In this document: piece after piece, positions 1 through 8,163 of the stretch
How the letters are laid out: every line of letters starts with the position of its first letter
How positions within the stretch are numbered: the stretch's first letter is position 1
Source of the DNA: Candidatus Hodarchaeota archaeon
GTDB lineage: Archaea > Asgardarchaeota > Heimdallarchaeia > Hodarchaeales > Hodarchaeaceae
Direction of reading: 5' to 3'
Assembly: GCA_016839815.1 (NCBI GenBank)
Contig: JAEOTM010000123.1
Coordinates: 1 to 31,298, forward strand
DNA length: 31,298 nt
Made by a program: the position numbers and the translations under genes
The notes under the pieces: model-generated
Databases searched by the model: none
Told to the model about the DNA's origin: nothing
What the model saw: the letters and a program-made list of their open reading frames with translations, nothing else

Positions 1-1485
1 GAATTCTTTTACTATAGACGAAAATTCTGGGTAGAAATTTGCTTTTTCTATGAAGATTAATTCTCTAACAGATATAGGTAGTGTTTCACATAATTCCCAA
101 GGGGGAATCGTGTCAGCTGGTAGCAAATTCTCATAATCCAATGATATTGAGACAGGTGGTGTATCTGTATCAGAATACATTCGATCTTTACCATGTATGA
201 CTCGTAAGAATTCACTATTGTATGTTATAGGATTGATTCGGCGTGTTTCCTCAGGTACACCTATAAGAGCTTTTTTCATTCGTTCAATGGTTCTTCTTAA
301 GGCATGTAGCACACTTTTCTGACTACCACGGATAACAACGTAACTATCATTATCGTGTAAATTTAAGATCTCCCGAACACGATTGCTATTTAACCAATTA
401 TGAGGTGCATCAGATTGACTCATCTCGTTCATTGGAATACCAGTGATTAATTCGATGCGATCGAATAGCTCATCTGAAAAAGGTTTTCCTGGTTGGACTT
501 CTTCTGTAAAAATTCCTGTGCATTTCGGTAATCTAACAGCTAATGCTACTTCACTCTTATCTAGATTAGATATTGCAGAGGAGACATCGATATAGTTTGG
601 TTGAAAATCAGATTCCTTTATTCCTCTCTTCTTTAAATTTTCTTTTAGTTTTAGCAATGTTAATTGCCGGGTAATCTCGTGATTACAATAATTCGGTAGG
701 TCATTTATTTCTTGTATTCCTTTTAATTCAACACGTGATCCACCTGTAATTGAAATATTAACATCTTGACGAATGGATCCTATACCTCTTCGTGCAATAC
801 CTAGTAGGCGTAAACTGAGTCCCAATAACAAGCCTATGTTTTGTAAGGCAAAAGGATCATGACAATCGAGATGATTAGTAATGATTTCAGTTAATGGAAT
901 TCCTAACCTATCAAGATTAAAATATACAGTCCGTGAAGCTCTATCATGAAAATCCACTCTTCTTGCAGCATCCTCCTCAATTAAGACGTTATTAATCCTA
1001 ATTTTGTTATTTCTGTATTTTATATATCCATCACGGGCAATGATAGTTGTACGTTGAAAACCTGTGGTTATTGAACCATCTAGATATTGTTTCCTATTGA
1101 AAATGATCTCATTTACAGGTGATTCACAATTCAAAAATTTTGCAAGCAAAAATCCCTTCATTATTGTTTCTAAGCAGGGAGAAAAGGGTGGTGTCTCGTC
1201 CATCTCGTAAGTACAAATATTGTCTCCGTAAGTTTCGTAAATTACTCGATAATGCTTTTCAAATTCGACAAGCATTCCCGCATCGAAATCCCCAAGTTCT
1301 CCGAGTACAGGTCGAAAGTACCGTTCGAAATGATAATCACTTTTAGCTGTGGGGGGTACTAAAGTGGGAGGACAATGGCAAAACAACTTTCGTTCAGACT
1401 GTAATTGGGCATGAATCTCCAATCCTGCACAAAATCCTAGCTCCTCATAATCATAGTTGAAAGATTTAGTCGATGGTCTTTGCAC
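1..1485 (-). CDS. gatE: Glu-tRNA(Gln) amidotransferase subunit E (3' end runs off the window)
   Basis: Manual minus-strand translation from GTG at 1485 (SD-like GGTAGGA upstream): YDYEELGFCAGLEIHAQL..KLFCHCP..FRPVLGELGDFD..DETPP..RKQYLDGSITTGFQRT..EEDAARR..DRLGIPL..RRGIGSIRQDVNISITGGSRVELKG, all GatE signatures. Absent from the ORF track because its stop lies outside the window. Confidence 0.95.
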   Translation of the reverse strand, partial: MQRPSTKSFNYDYEELGFCAGLEIHAQLQSERKLFCHCPPTLVPPTAKSDYHFERYFRPVLGELGDFDAGMLVEFEKHYRVIYETYGDNICTYEMDETPPFSPCLETIMKGFLLAKFLNCESPVNEIIFNRKQYLDGSITTGFQRTTIIARDGYIKYRNNKIRINNVLIEEDAARRVDFHDRASRTVYFNLDRLGIPLTEIITNHLDCHDPFALQNIGLLLGLSLRLLGIARRGIGSIRQDVNISITGGSRVELKGIQEINDLPNYCNHEITRQLTLLKLKENLKKRGIKESDFQPNYIDVSSAISNLDKSEVALAVRLPKCTGIFTEEVQPGKPFSDELFDRIELITGIPMNEMSQSDAPHNWLNSNRVREILNLHDNDSYVVIRGSQKSVLHALRRTIERMKKALIGVPEETRRINPITYNSEFLRVIHGKDRMYSDTDTPPVSISLDYENLLPADTIPPWELCETLPISVRELIFIEKANFYPEFSSIVKEF

Positions 1486-1705
1486 TAATTATCCTACCTA
1501 AATTTTAGTATATTCAAGTATTCGTTGTAATTATGCCTTCTGTTGTAAAATCAAAACGAGAATAACTTTATGAAAGCATATAAAATTAAGCTTTTAAATC
1601 CACACAGAAATAATTCAGTAAGACATTTTCGACATTCAATATTTTAGCTGCGATTCCAAGCAATATTACGCATAATTCATTCTGTTGCGGGAGACACATC
1701 TAATA

Positions 1706-2791
1706 ATGCCCAAAAAGAAATCACAATCAATTCATTTAGCATTTACTACAGCAGAATGTAGACGGATAATAAAAAAAACTGGAATTAAACGTGTATCACA
1801 GGATGCAGCTATTGCATTAAACAAACTTTTAACTTATAGGGCTAGAGAAATCGCAGCTGGAGCAGTGGCGCGAAGTAGTGAAAGAGATAGCCAAACTGTC
1901 GCTGAAGATGATATTACTTACGCAGTCCGAATGGGATCTCCTGTAGCAGGCTATGAGGTGGGTAGTGCAGCACCTGTAGTCCATTACGTTTGGTTTATTT
2001 CATCTGCTGGTACCTGTTTACTTTCTCGTTCATACTCAGGTTTACAATTTCCTGATACAATATTTGCCGGATTGGTTACAGGAATTGTGGACCTAATGGC
2101 TGAGGTTACAGGACGATTGATAGATAGAATTACAACGGATGAGCTAATCATTCATATCCGAAGAATTGGAGAAATGACTGTCGCCGTTATCTGTGATAGC
2201 GAACAAAGAAAACCAATAGATGAATTAACTGATTTGCTGGCTCTTCGTTTTTCTGAAGTTTTTACAGATGAAATAACCCAAGAAGTGATTGATACTTCGA
2301 TATTTGAGGATTTCACTCCTGTTCTGGACGCTTTGGTTTCTGGAGCAGGTCTTAACATTCCCAAGGAACGACTTAAAGTAAAAGGTGAACAGCAGCTTCG
2401 CCTTACCGATAAACAATTGGAAGAGACTGTTGATGCAACTGCTCTCAGACAGGAACTACGGAGAGCCCAGGAATCGATTCAAGATTTAAGACTGTTTAGA
2501 AAGGAAATACCTGAAGAAGAAATCGATACTGCTGATGTAGATCTAGATTTTGATGAACCTCCAGATGTATCTGAAATTAAAGCTGTACTTCGTCAAGCAT
2601 CCATGGACATTAGACAAGAATTCAGATCAGAGAATAATATTAGTGAAGAAGAAGGTGTAATTTCTGAAAATATAAGAGAAGAAGTCGCTAAAGATTTAAC
2701 AGAAATTGTACAAAAGGAATCTGAGAAGAAAGACGTTGTAAAAAAGAAACCAAGGAAAAAAAGATCACGAAAACGTCGAAAAAAGAAATAA
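1706..2791 (+). CDS. Archaeal histone fold - longin-like domain fusion with acidic coiled region and Lys/Arg-rich C-terminal tail
   Basis: N-terminal CRRIIKKTGIKRVSQDAAIALNKLL..EIAAGAV..TVAEDDITYAVR aligns by eye with HMfB. The central VHYVWFISSAGTCLLSRSY..FAGLVTGIVDLMAEV..LALRFSEVF..FEDFTPVLDALV fits the longin pattern. ATG 1706 (GGGAGA upstream) is preferred over TTG 1685. Confidence 0.85.
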   Translation: MPKKKSQSIHLAFTTAECRRIIKKTGIKRVSQDAAIALNKLLTYRAREIAAGAVARSSERDSQTVAEDDITYAVRMGSPVAGYEVGSAAPVVHYVWFISSAGTCLLSRSYSGLQFPDTIFAGLVTGIVDLMAEVTGRLIDRITTDELIIHIRRIGEMTVAVICDSEQRKPIDELTDLLALRFSEVFTDEITQEVIDTSIFEDFTPVLDALVSGAGLNIPKERLKVKGEQQLRLTDKQLEETVDATALRQELRRAQESIQDLRLFRKEIPEEEIDTADVDLDFDEPPDVSEIKAVLRQASMDIRQEFRSENNISEEEGVISENIREEVAKDLTEIVQKESEKKDVVKKKPRKKRSRKRRKKK

Positions 2792-2797
2792 CGGGCC

Positions 2798-5377
2798 TTA
2801 AAAAAGCTGTTCCCACTGTTCTTGAGTAATCCCGTATATTTTCAACACAATCTCATTGATTTTACCTTGATTATGCTCAATTAAAGCTTGGTGCTTGTGG
2901 AGTTCCTTTAAAAGAAAATTTATATCCATTCTAATATTTCTGGGCAGAAACGAGAATTTTTCTGGATTTCTACAATAATAGAAGAGTCTTTTTTGAGAAC
3001 TTAAGGATTTATCAGGAGTATGATGCACAATTTTTTCCCAGATCTTACTATATATTGTTTCAATTTGTTCTCCAATATGTAGACATTCTTTCACCTTCAG
3101 TTCCACTTGTTTGATTCGTTGAGAATCTGAAGCTGATTTCCGCTCTTCCAGGTTAATAATAGGAAATGATCTCATTTCTTTTATTCGAATCTGAGGATAA
3201 CGATTCCCCTCGGCACCTGTTGACCGAATTATGTTGAGTTCTTGTCCGATCCAATATCCTAGTGATGACGTGAGAATTCCCATGATTAAATAAGGAGTAT
3301 AGGGAGGTTTAAACTTATGGATGGTATGCAAATTCCTAAGTCCGAAATAGCCTTTTGTATCATAACTTAGAATGAATTTGGATGCAGTTTGCCTAAGAAA
3401 AATCTTTGGTTCAGTAAATCTTCTTTTCTCACCAGATATGAGAAGTACTTTTTTGTTTCCTACATCTGATCGGTCCAGATTATTCTTCCTTAAGTATTCT
3501 TCGTACTCTTTTGAGAACCTAACGTAAGAATTCTTCATATCTGGAACCCAGAACGTTATGAAAGATTGAGGTAATCCATTTGCTCCATCAATAACCCGAT
3601 ACATTCCACTGGACTTATTTTGAGATAAAAAATGCGTTCTTAACAAACTACCATACTCTAGTCCACAGGAAATCTGAGATACTTCACCTAGTTTAACCGA
3701 TCTGGAGTGAATATGATTAATCAAATCACGAGTAGCTGCCCGTCGATAAATCTTATAGATAAAGTTTGGATGTTCGTTGAAATAAATTAAATATTCATCC
3801 TTAGGTGTATAATTCAAACTTTTCTGGGCTAAGTATTTAACCGAGTCTTTATTCTTAGGCTTAGTATTCTGAAATATTAAAATAGATAAATCTACTACCG
3901 CTTTCCTATAAGTATAATCTTCAAGTAAATAAACTAGTTTATAGTTATCTGCTAGCATTTTTCGAAGGTCACTATATGAAGATAAATCAAGGAATGAGTG
4001 GTCAAGAACGAATCCTACAATTCCATGTTGTTTACAAGAAGCATAACGTAAGGCGAGTCCTAGAAACAGAATGTAGAGATTTTCACGTTTTCCCATAAAT
4101 TTTGGGATCATCTCTAGTAGGATATTTCTATTCTCTTGTGAGATAACCTGCTTCGCAAATCTTCCTGAAAATGGAATATATGGTGGATTAGACAGAATAA
4201 GGTCATAACTAGTAGAAGCTATTCTTTTCCGAAACATTTCAGTCATATTTGTCAAGAAATTCATATTATTAAGATTCCACTCAGTATCAGATATTTCCTC
4301 ATCCATTAACATTAATAATCGTACAAAATTCCTCGAAAATGCTACTATTCGTTCATCAATGTCATATCCGTAAAACACAGAAAAAAATATGTTTTTTCGT
4401 AGTACTTGTAAGGTATCAAATGGGCTTTTCTCATTTAATAGAAGAATTTGATTAATAATACATTCTAATGCAACAAAAAGAATCATCCCTGTACCCGATG
4501 CGGGATCTAGAATCTTTACTTTTGCAAATTCCGAATAAGAGGAAATACTACTCACTTTACTGAACATTAACGAGTAATTAACTAAAGTAAATGATAGTTC
4601 TAACGGTGTGAAATATTGTCCTCTCATTTTATCCAAATTCAACCTTATTGGAGGACTTTCAAGTAAATGTGTAGGTGTAAGACCCAGAAGATCTACATAC
4701 TTTAAACTTGGAAAGTCTTTACTAAGACTACTCTGTTTCAACCTATTGATAAATCGTTTAAGCTCAGAGTTGGTGGATTGTGTTGGATTCTTGATCTGAA
4801 TGGATTCAAAACTTAATAATACTTGGTTATAGACGTTGATAAAAGTGCTAGGATGAAGTAATTCAATTAAATTGAATTTTAAAGAGTTAATTTGAATTTC
4901 TTCGCTGGATGATTTTCTAACGACATCATTGACTATCGTAATAACGCGAAAACCATTATGATAAGAATCTAGTCTTTCTCTATCGGTGCAATGTTTGATA
5001 TACATTGGATTGTGGAGAGATGCGGAGAGAAAAAGCATTGCAATATTTTTTGGAATAGCATTCCATATCAAGATTTGATTTTGAAAAAGGGAAAAAACCA
5101 CTAAATCGGAATCTGTATGTAGGAGAATCCATTTTAATTCGTAATCTACTAGATTCCTCTTAATAAATTTAATTAATTTAAGATTCTTATAATTAAAGAA
5201 CTCAAGCGTAGATAGTTTTACCCAGAAATACCCTAATGATAATTTGATCCACAATTTACCAATATTTTTTAGCGTTTGAGATGGAGCTCCTAAGAGTTCA
5301 TTAAAACCCGATAATCTATCTTCCTCAGAACCTGAATGATTTATAAGTTGATTATCTTCATATTTTTGATTCCTCAT
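2798..5377 (-). CDS. Amino-DNA methyltransferase, gamma class (Eco57I/TaqI-like, probably N6-adenine), with C-terminal target-recognition domain
   Basis: Motifs in gamma order: GQYFTP (X), ILDPASGTG (I), YGYDID (II), SNPPY (IV), LYILFL, YSDLRKML. TaqI-C-like KLGEV..GLE..PKIFLRQT..LMGILTS..YPQIRIKEMRSFPI. No clear nuclease motif. Confidence 0.85.
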   Translation of the reverse strand: MRNQKYEDNQLINHSGSEEDRLSGFNELLGAPSQTLKNIGKLWIKLSLGYFWVKLSTLEFFNYKNLKLIKFIKRNLVDYELKWILLHTDSDLVVFSLFQNQILIWNAIPKNIAMLFLSASLHNPMYIKHCTDRERLDSYHNGFRVITIVNDVVRKSSSEEIQINSLKFNLIELLHPSTFINVYNQVLLSFESIQIKNPTQSTNSELKRFINRLKQSSLSKDFPSLKYVDLLGLTPTHLLESPPIRLNLDKMRGQYFTPLELSFTLVNYSLMFSKVSSISSYSEFAKVKILDPASGTGMILFVALECIINQILLLNEKSPFDTLQVLRKNIFFSVFYGYDIDERIVAFSRNFVRLLMLMDEEISDTEWNLNNMNFLTNMTEMFRKRIASTSYDLILSNPPYIPFSGRFAKQVISQENRNILLEMIPKFMGKRENLYILFLGLALRYASCKQHGIVGFVLDHSFLDLSSYSDLRKMLADNYKLVYLLEDYTYRKAVVDLSILIFQNTKPKNKDSVKYLAQKSLNYTPKDEYLIYFNEHPNFIYKIYRRAATRDLINHIHSRSVKLGEVSQISCGLEYGSLLRTHFLSQNKSSGMYRVIDGANGLPQSFITFWVPDMKNSYVRFSKEYEEYLRKNNLDRSDVGNKKVLLISGEKRRFTEPKIFLRQTASKFILSYDTKGYFGLRNLHTIHKFKPPYTPYLIMGILTSSLGYWIGQELNIIRSTGAEGNRYPQIRIKEMRSFPIINLEERKSASDSQRIKQVELKVKECLHIGEQIETIYSKIWEKIVHHTPDKSLSSQKRLFYYCRNPEKFSFLPRNIRMDINFLLKELHKHQALIEHNQGKINEIVLKIYGITQEQWEQLF

Positions 5378-5387
5378 TCGAATATAG

Positions 5388-5420
5388 TCCTCTATAGTCT
5401 CAATCTGAGACTTAAGAGGA
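5388..5420. promoter_or_regulatory. 33-bp imperfect palindrome just upstream of the methyltransferase start
   Basis: TCCTCT-AT-AGTCTCA-ATC-TGAGACT-TA-AGAGGA gives 13 paired positions. On the minus strand the 3' arm is AGAGGA, 10 nt before ATG 5377. Confidence 0.5.
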
Positions 5421-5473
5421 ATAGCAGGTAAAAGAGAAATTGGAATTGGCGAGTTAACGAGAGGAACCTCCTC

Positions 5474-7225
5474 TTAAATGCTACTTACCTCTTCTTCGGT
5501 CTGTGATTTAATTTTGGAATAGAAATTACTAGCAAGATTTCGAATTGTTCTATCTGGGTCGTGTAGTATAATATGCTCTAAAACGGTAAGTATTTTTTGT
5601 GGTTCTTCCTCAGTTTCCAAACCAATTTTTCCGAGTTGTTGAACCGCATCGATTCTTTTAACGTAATTCTGGGAAGTATTTGCCTGTCTTATCAATTCAG
5701 TTATTTGTGATACGCCTTCACTATATTCAGGTTCTTGATCTGGTGGAATTGATAACGGTAATTCAATTGTCACTAAACTTCCCTGATTGAATCCGTTAGA
5801 TTCAATACGAAAAGATCCTCCATGATCAGAAATCACTTGTTTTGCTAAAAATACTCCTAATCCTAGTTGACTGGCAGAGGGATGGAAAGTCATAAACGGT
5901 TCACCTATATATCGTAAATCTTCATTATTAATTCCTACCCCTGTATCTTTACAGGTTAATCTAGCAATTTTATTTTCACTCATGCTAATTAATGCTATTT
6001 CCACGGTTCCATGTCCTGTAAATCGGATTGCATTTTCAAAGATATTCCTTAACGCTTGGAGCATACGAATTCGATCTACATTAATGATGAAAGGAGTAGA
6101 AGGATATTCTATAATCAAGTGAACCCGATATCTTTTCAAAATGAATTCAAGGCCATCTATCGCTTGCTGTAAAATTGGTACAAAATCTTCTAAGGCAAGA
6201 TTGCACTTGAATTTCCCCATTCTAACAGCTGCAATATCACTTAGGTCATTTACGATTGTTTCTAACTGAGAGAGATTTCTTCCGAACGCACTTAACATTG
6301 ATAATTCTAGACTATCTTTTTCTTCATCCGTTATTCCTTCAATTATTCGTGAAGAATAAAAATCTAAATGACCGCGGAGATTGCTAATTGGTGTTCTCAA
6401 TGTGTGCTGTGAAAGTGTAAGAAAGTCAAATTTTAAGTCAGTTAATTGTTTAACTGGAGTTAAATCAACCATGATACCTTGAACAATTGCTGTATTTTCA
6501 ATGTACAGTTTTCTTACATTGGCCATCACAGGTATCCGATTACCATCTTTACATAATAACTCAAGTTCAGTAGTTTGGTCTGGAAAAAATAATTGCCTAT
6601 CAATGCTATTAGCATTATTTATTTTGCCTGTGAACAGATCTCGTTTTGTTTCAAGTAGATAAGCAGCAATTTTTGCACGATGTTCAGGTGAGACAAAAAA
6701 CGTTGGTAGGCATTTTTTCTCTTCGATTTCTTGTTCTGAATAGCCTAGTTTCTCTACAAAGGCTCTATTATAGTAATCAATGCATCCATTTTTAAAAATA
6801 AATAGGAAATTAGGAGATTTACTGAATAAATCATGATATTGCTTTTGAGTAGCATCGAGATCCGCTCTAATTTGCATTAGCTTACCAATGTGTCTGATTA
6901 AAACAAGTTCATAATGCTTATCAATAGGAGAGACCCTCACCTGAATCCAAGTTGTTGTTCCATCTGGTAATAATGCCTGCCATTCTGATTCCTTTGGTAG
7001 AGGGCTATCTGTATTAGCAACGACTCGTGTAAACTTATCTCTTTCTGAAGGAGCAAGGAATTCTACAAATTGGTCTATTGAAAGTGCTTTAGGAGTACCA
7101 GATACATTGAGATCCGTTCGGGCTTTAGTATTTGCATAGTAGATTCGTCTATCCTTTAATACAATGATCCCTGCGGGAATTTTATCAAGAAAATCACGAT
7201 CAAAAGGTGGATCTAAGGAATTCAA
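5474..7225 (-). CDS. Soluble PAS-PAS sensor histidine kinase with C-terminal HEAT-like repeats
   Basis: Two PAS-like segments (IPAGIIVLKDRRIYYAN..DGTTTWIQV; SPNFLFIFKNGCIDYYN..KDGNRIPV). H-box SQHTLRTPI, N-box NIFENAIRFT, G1 DTGVGI, F-box EPFMT, G2 LGLGV. Tail KRIDAVQQLGKIG..HDPDRTIRNLA. TTG start is uncertain. Confidence 0.88.
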   Translation of the reverse strand: MNSLDPPFDRDFLDKIPAGIIVLKDRRIYYANTKARTDLNVSGTPKALSIDQFVEFLAPSERDKFTRVVANTDSPLPKESEWQALLPDGTTTWIQVRVSPIDKHYELVLIRHIGKLMQIRADLDATQKQYHDLFSKSPNFLFIFKNGCIDYYNRAFVEKLGYSEQEIEEKKCLPTFFVSPEHRAKIAAYLLETKRDLFTGKINNANSIDRQLFFPDQTTELELLCKDGNRIPVMANVRKLYIENTAIVQGIMVDLTPVKQLTDLKFDFLTLSQHTLRTPISNLRGHLDFYSSRIIEGITDEEKDSLELSMLSAFGRNLSQLETIVNDLSDIAAVRMGKFKCNLALEDFVPILQQAIDGLEFILKRYRVHLIIEYPSTPFIINVDRIRMLQALRNIFENAIRFTGHGTVEIALISMSENKIARLTCKDTGVGINNEDLRYIGEPFMTFHPSASQLGLGVFLAKQVISDHGGSFRIESNGFNQGSLVTIELPLSIPPDQEPEYSEGVSQITELIRQANTSQNYVKRIDAVQQLGKIGLETEEEPQKILTVLEHIILHDPDRTIRNLASNFYSKIKSQTEEEVSSI

Positions 7226-7378
7226 GTTTGTTACATTCCTCTTGTTGAATTTCTAAACAAGAGATAAATAGTATCCAGTACTATGTTCGCAATAAACATA
7301 CTTTTTAAAACATACTTCGATTCATATAAACTAATTTCTAGTCTTTTACGAAGTAGCTGTAGCTGGAAATGATCCATT

Positions 7379-8020
7379 ATGAGTCTCGATGAAAAATTAA
7401 AGTCCTTGGAGCTTCAAAAGAAATATAGCGAGATGATAAATGAACTTCGGATAAGTGAAAGTGCCAATACGTTGTGGTATGCGAAAATAAGCTCACTTAT
7501 GGCTGAAGATCGTCCACAAATAGCTGGTATATTGCAATCTTTAGAAGAACTGTCTCAAACAATTACTACTCTTCTAAGAAAATGTACGATGTTTCTAGAC
7601 GATAATTTCTCACCTATCCCTGTTGAAATCGAAGCATCAACTACAATTGGTACTCCCACTCCTGATTCTGTGAGTCGTGAACGTGACGATATCTTCTCTC
7701 TAGGATCTTTACGCTCATTAATTCAAACACTTCCATCAAAAGAATTGGATAGAGAGAAAACTACCACCGTGAAATTTTGGTATATAACTGCAGGTGGAAA
7801 GAGCGAATCCTTGGATCTTCAAGTCTCAGAGAACGAATATCTCGCTAATGTACTAATAGCAGTTCTAACAAAAATCGAAGGGGTAACGGACAATGAAGAG
7901 TACTCTGTTTCTCCACTAGGATTTAATCCCCTATTATTACCTCAATTTGAAACTGCAATTGCTCAAATTCTCACTTCATACTCTGATGAATTCACCCTCA
8001 TCAAATTCTATAGATTATGA
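7379..8020 (+). CDS. Hypothetical protein: N-terminal helical hairpin plus C-terminal ubiquitin-like (beta-grasp) domain
   Basis: 213-aa ORF with ATG, divergent from the kinase. Residues ~129-213 follow a beta-beta-alpha-beta..beta ubiquitin-like pattern. No terminal GG. Confidence 0.6.
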   Translation: MSLDEKLKSLELQKKYSEMINELRISESANTLWYAKISSLMAEDRPQIAGILQSLEELSQTITTLLRKCTMFLDDNFSPIPVEIEASTTIGTPTPDSVSRERDDIFSLGSLRSLIQTLPSKELDREKTTTVKFWYITAGGKSESLDLQVSENEYLANVLIAVLTKIEGVTDNEEYSVSPLGFNPLLLPQFETAIAQILTSYSDEFTLIKFYRL

Positions 8021-8113
8021 GGGTTATTACATAATTTTTTCGTTATCTGACAGAATACTCCTTCGAAAAAAGGATTAAAAATCCAATTCTTAGATTTATT
8101 AAGAAAGTTCACA

Positions 8114-8130
8114 GAAAAAAACTTTTATTT
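8114..8130 (+). promoter_or_regulatory. Putative BRE + TATA promoter of the ZIP transporter gene
   Basis: GAAAAAAAC-TTTTATTT about 35 nt upstream of ATG 8164, typical archaeal spacing. Confidence 0.4.
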
Positions 8131-8163
8131 GAATAGACCCCGTGTTTTAATGAGAGTCTAGAT

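Noticed and set aside
1119-1346. 75-aa plus-strand ORF
   Set aside because: Antisense shadow of gatE, which occupies the minus strand here.
2152-2416. Two short minus-strand ORFs
   Set aside because: Antisense to the longin-like domain; no motifs.
2798-5377. Complete restriction-modification or BREX/DISARM defence island
   Set aside because: Only a methyltransferase is evident; no nuclease, helicase, PglZ or specificity genes nearby.
5460-5474. Small hairpin AGAGG-AACCT-CCTCT at the kinase stop
   Set aside because: A 5-bp stem with no U tract is too weak to call a terminator.
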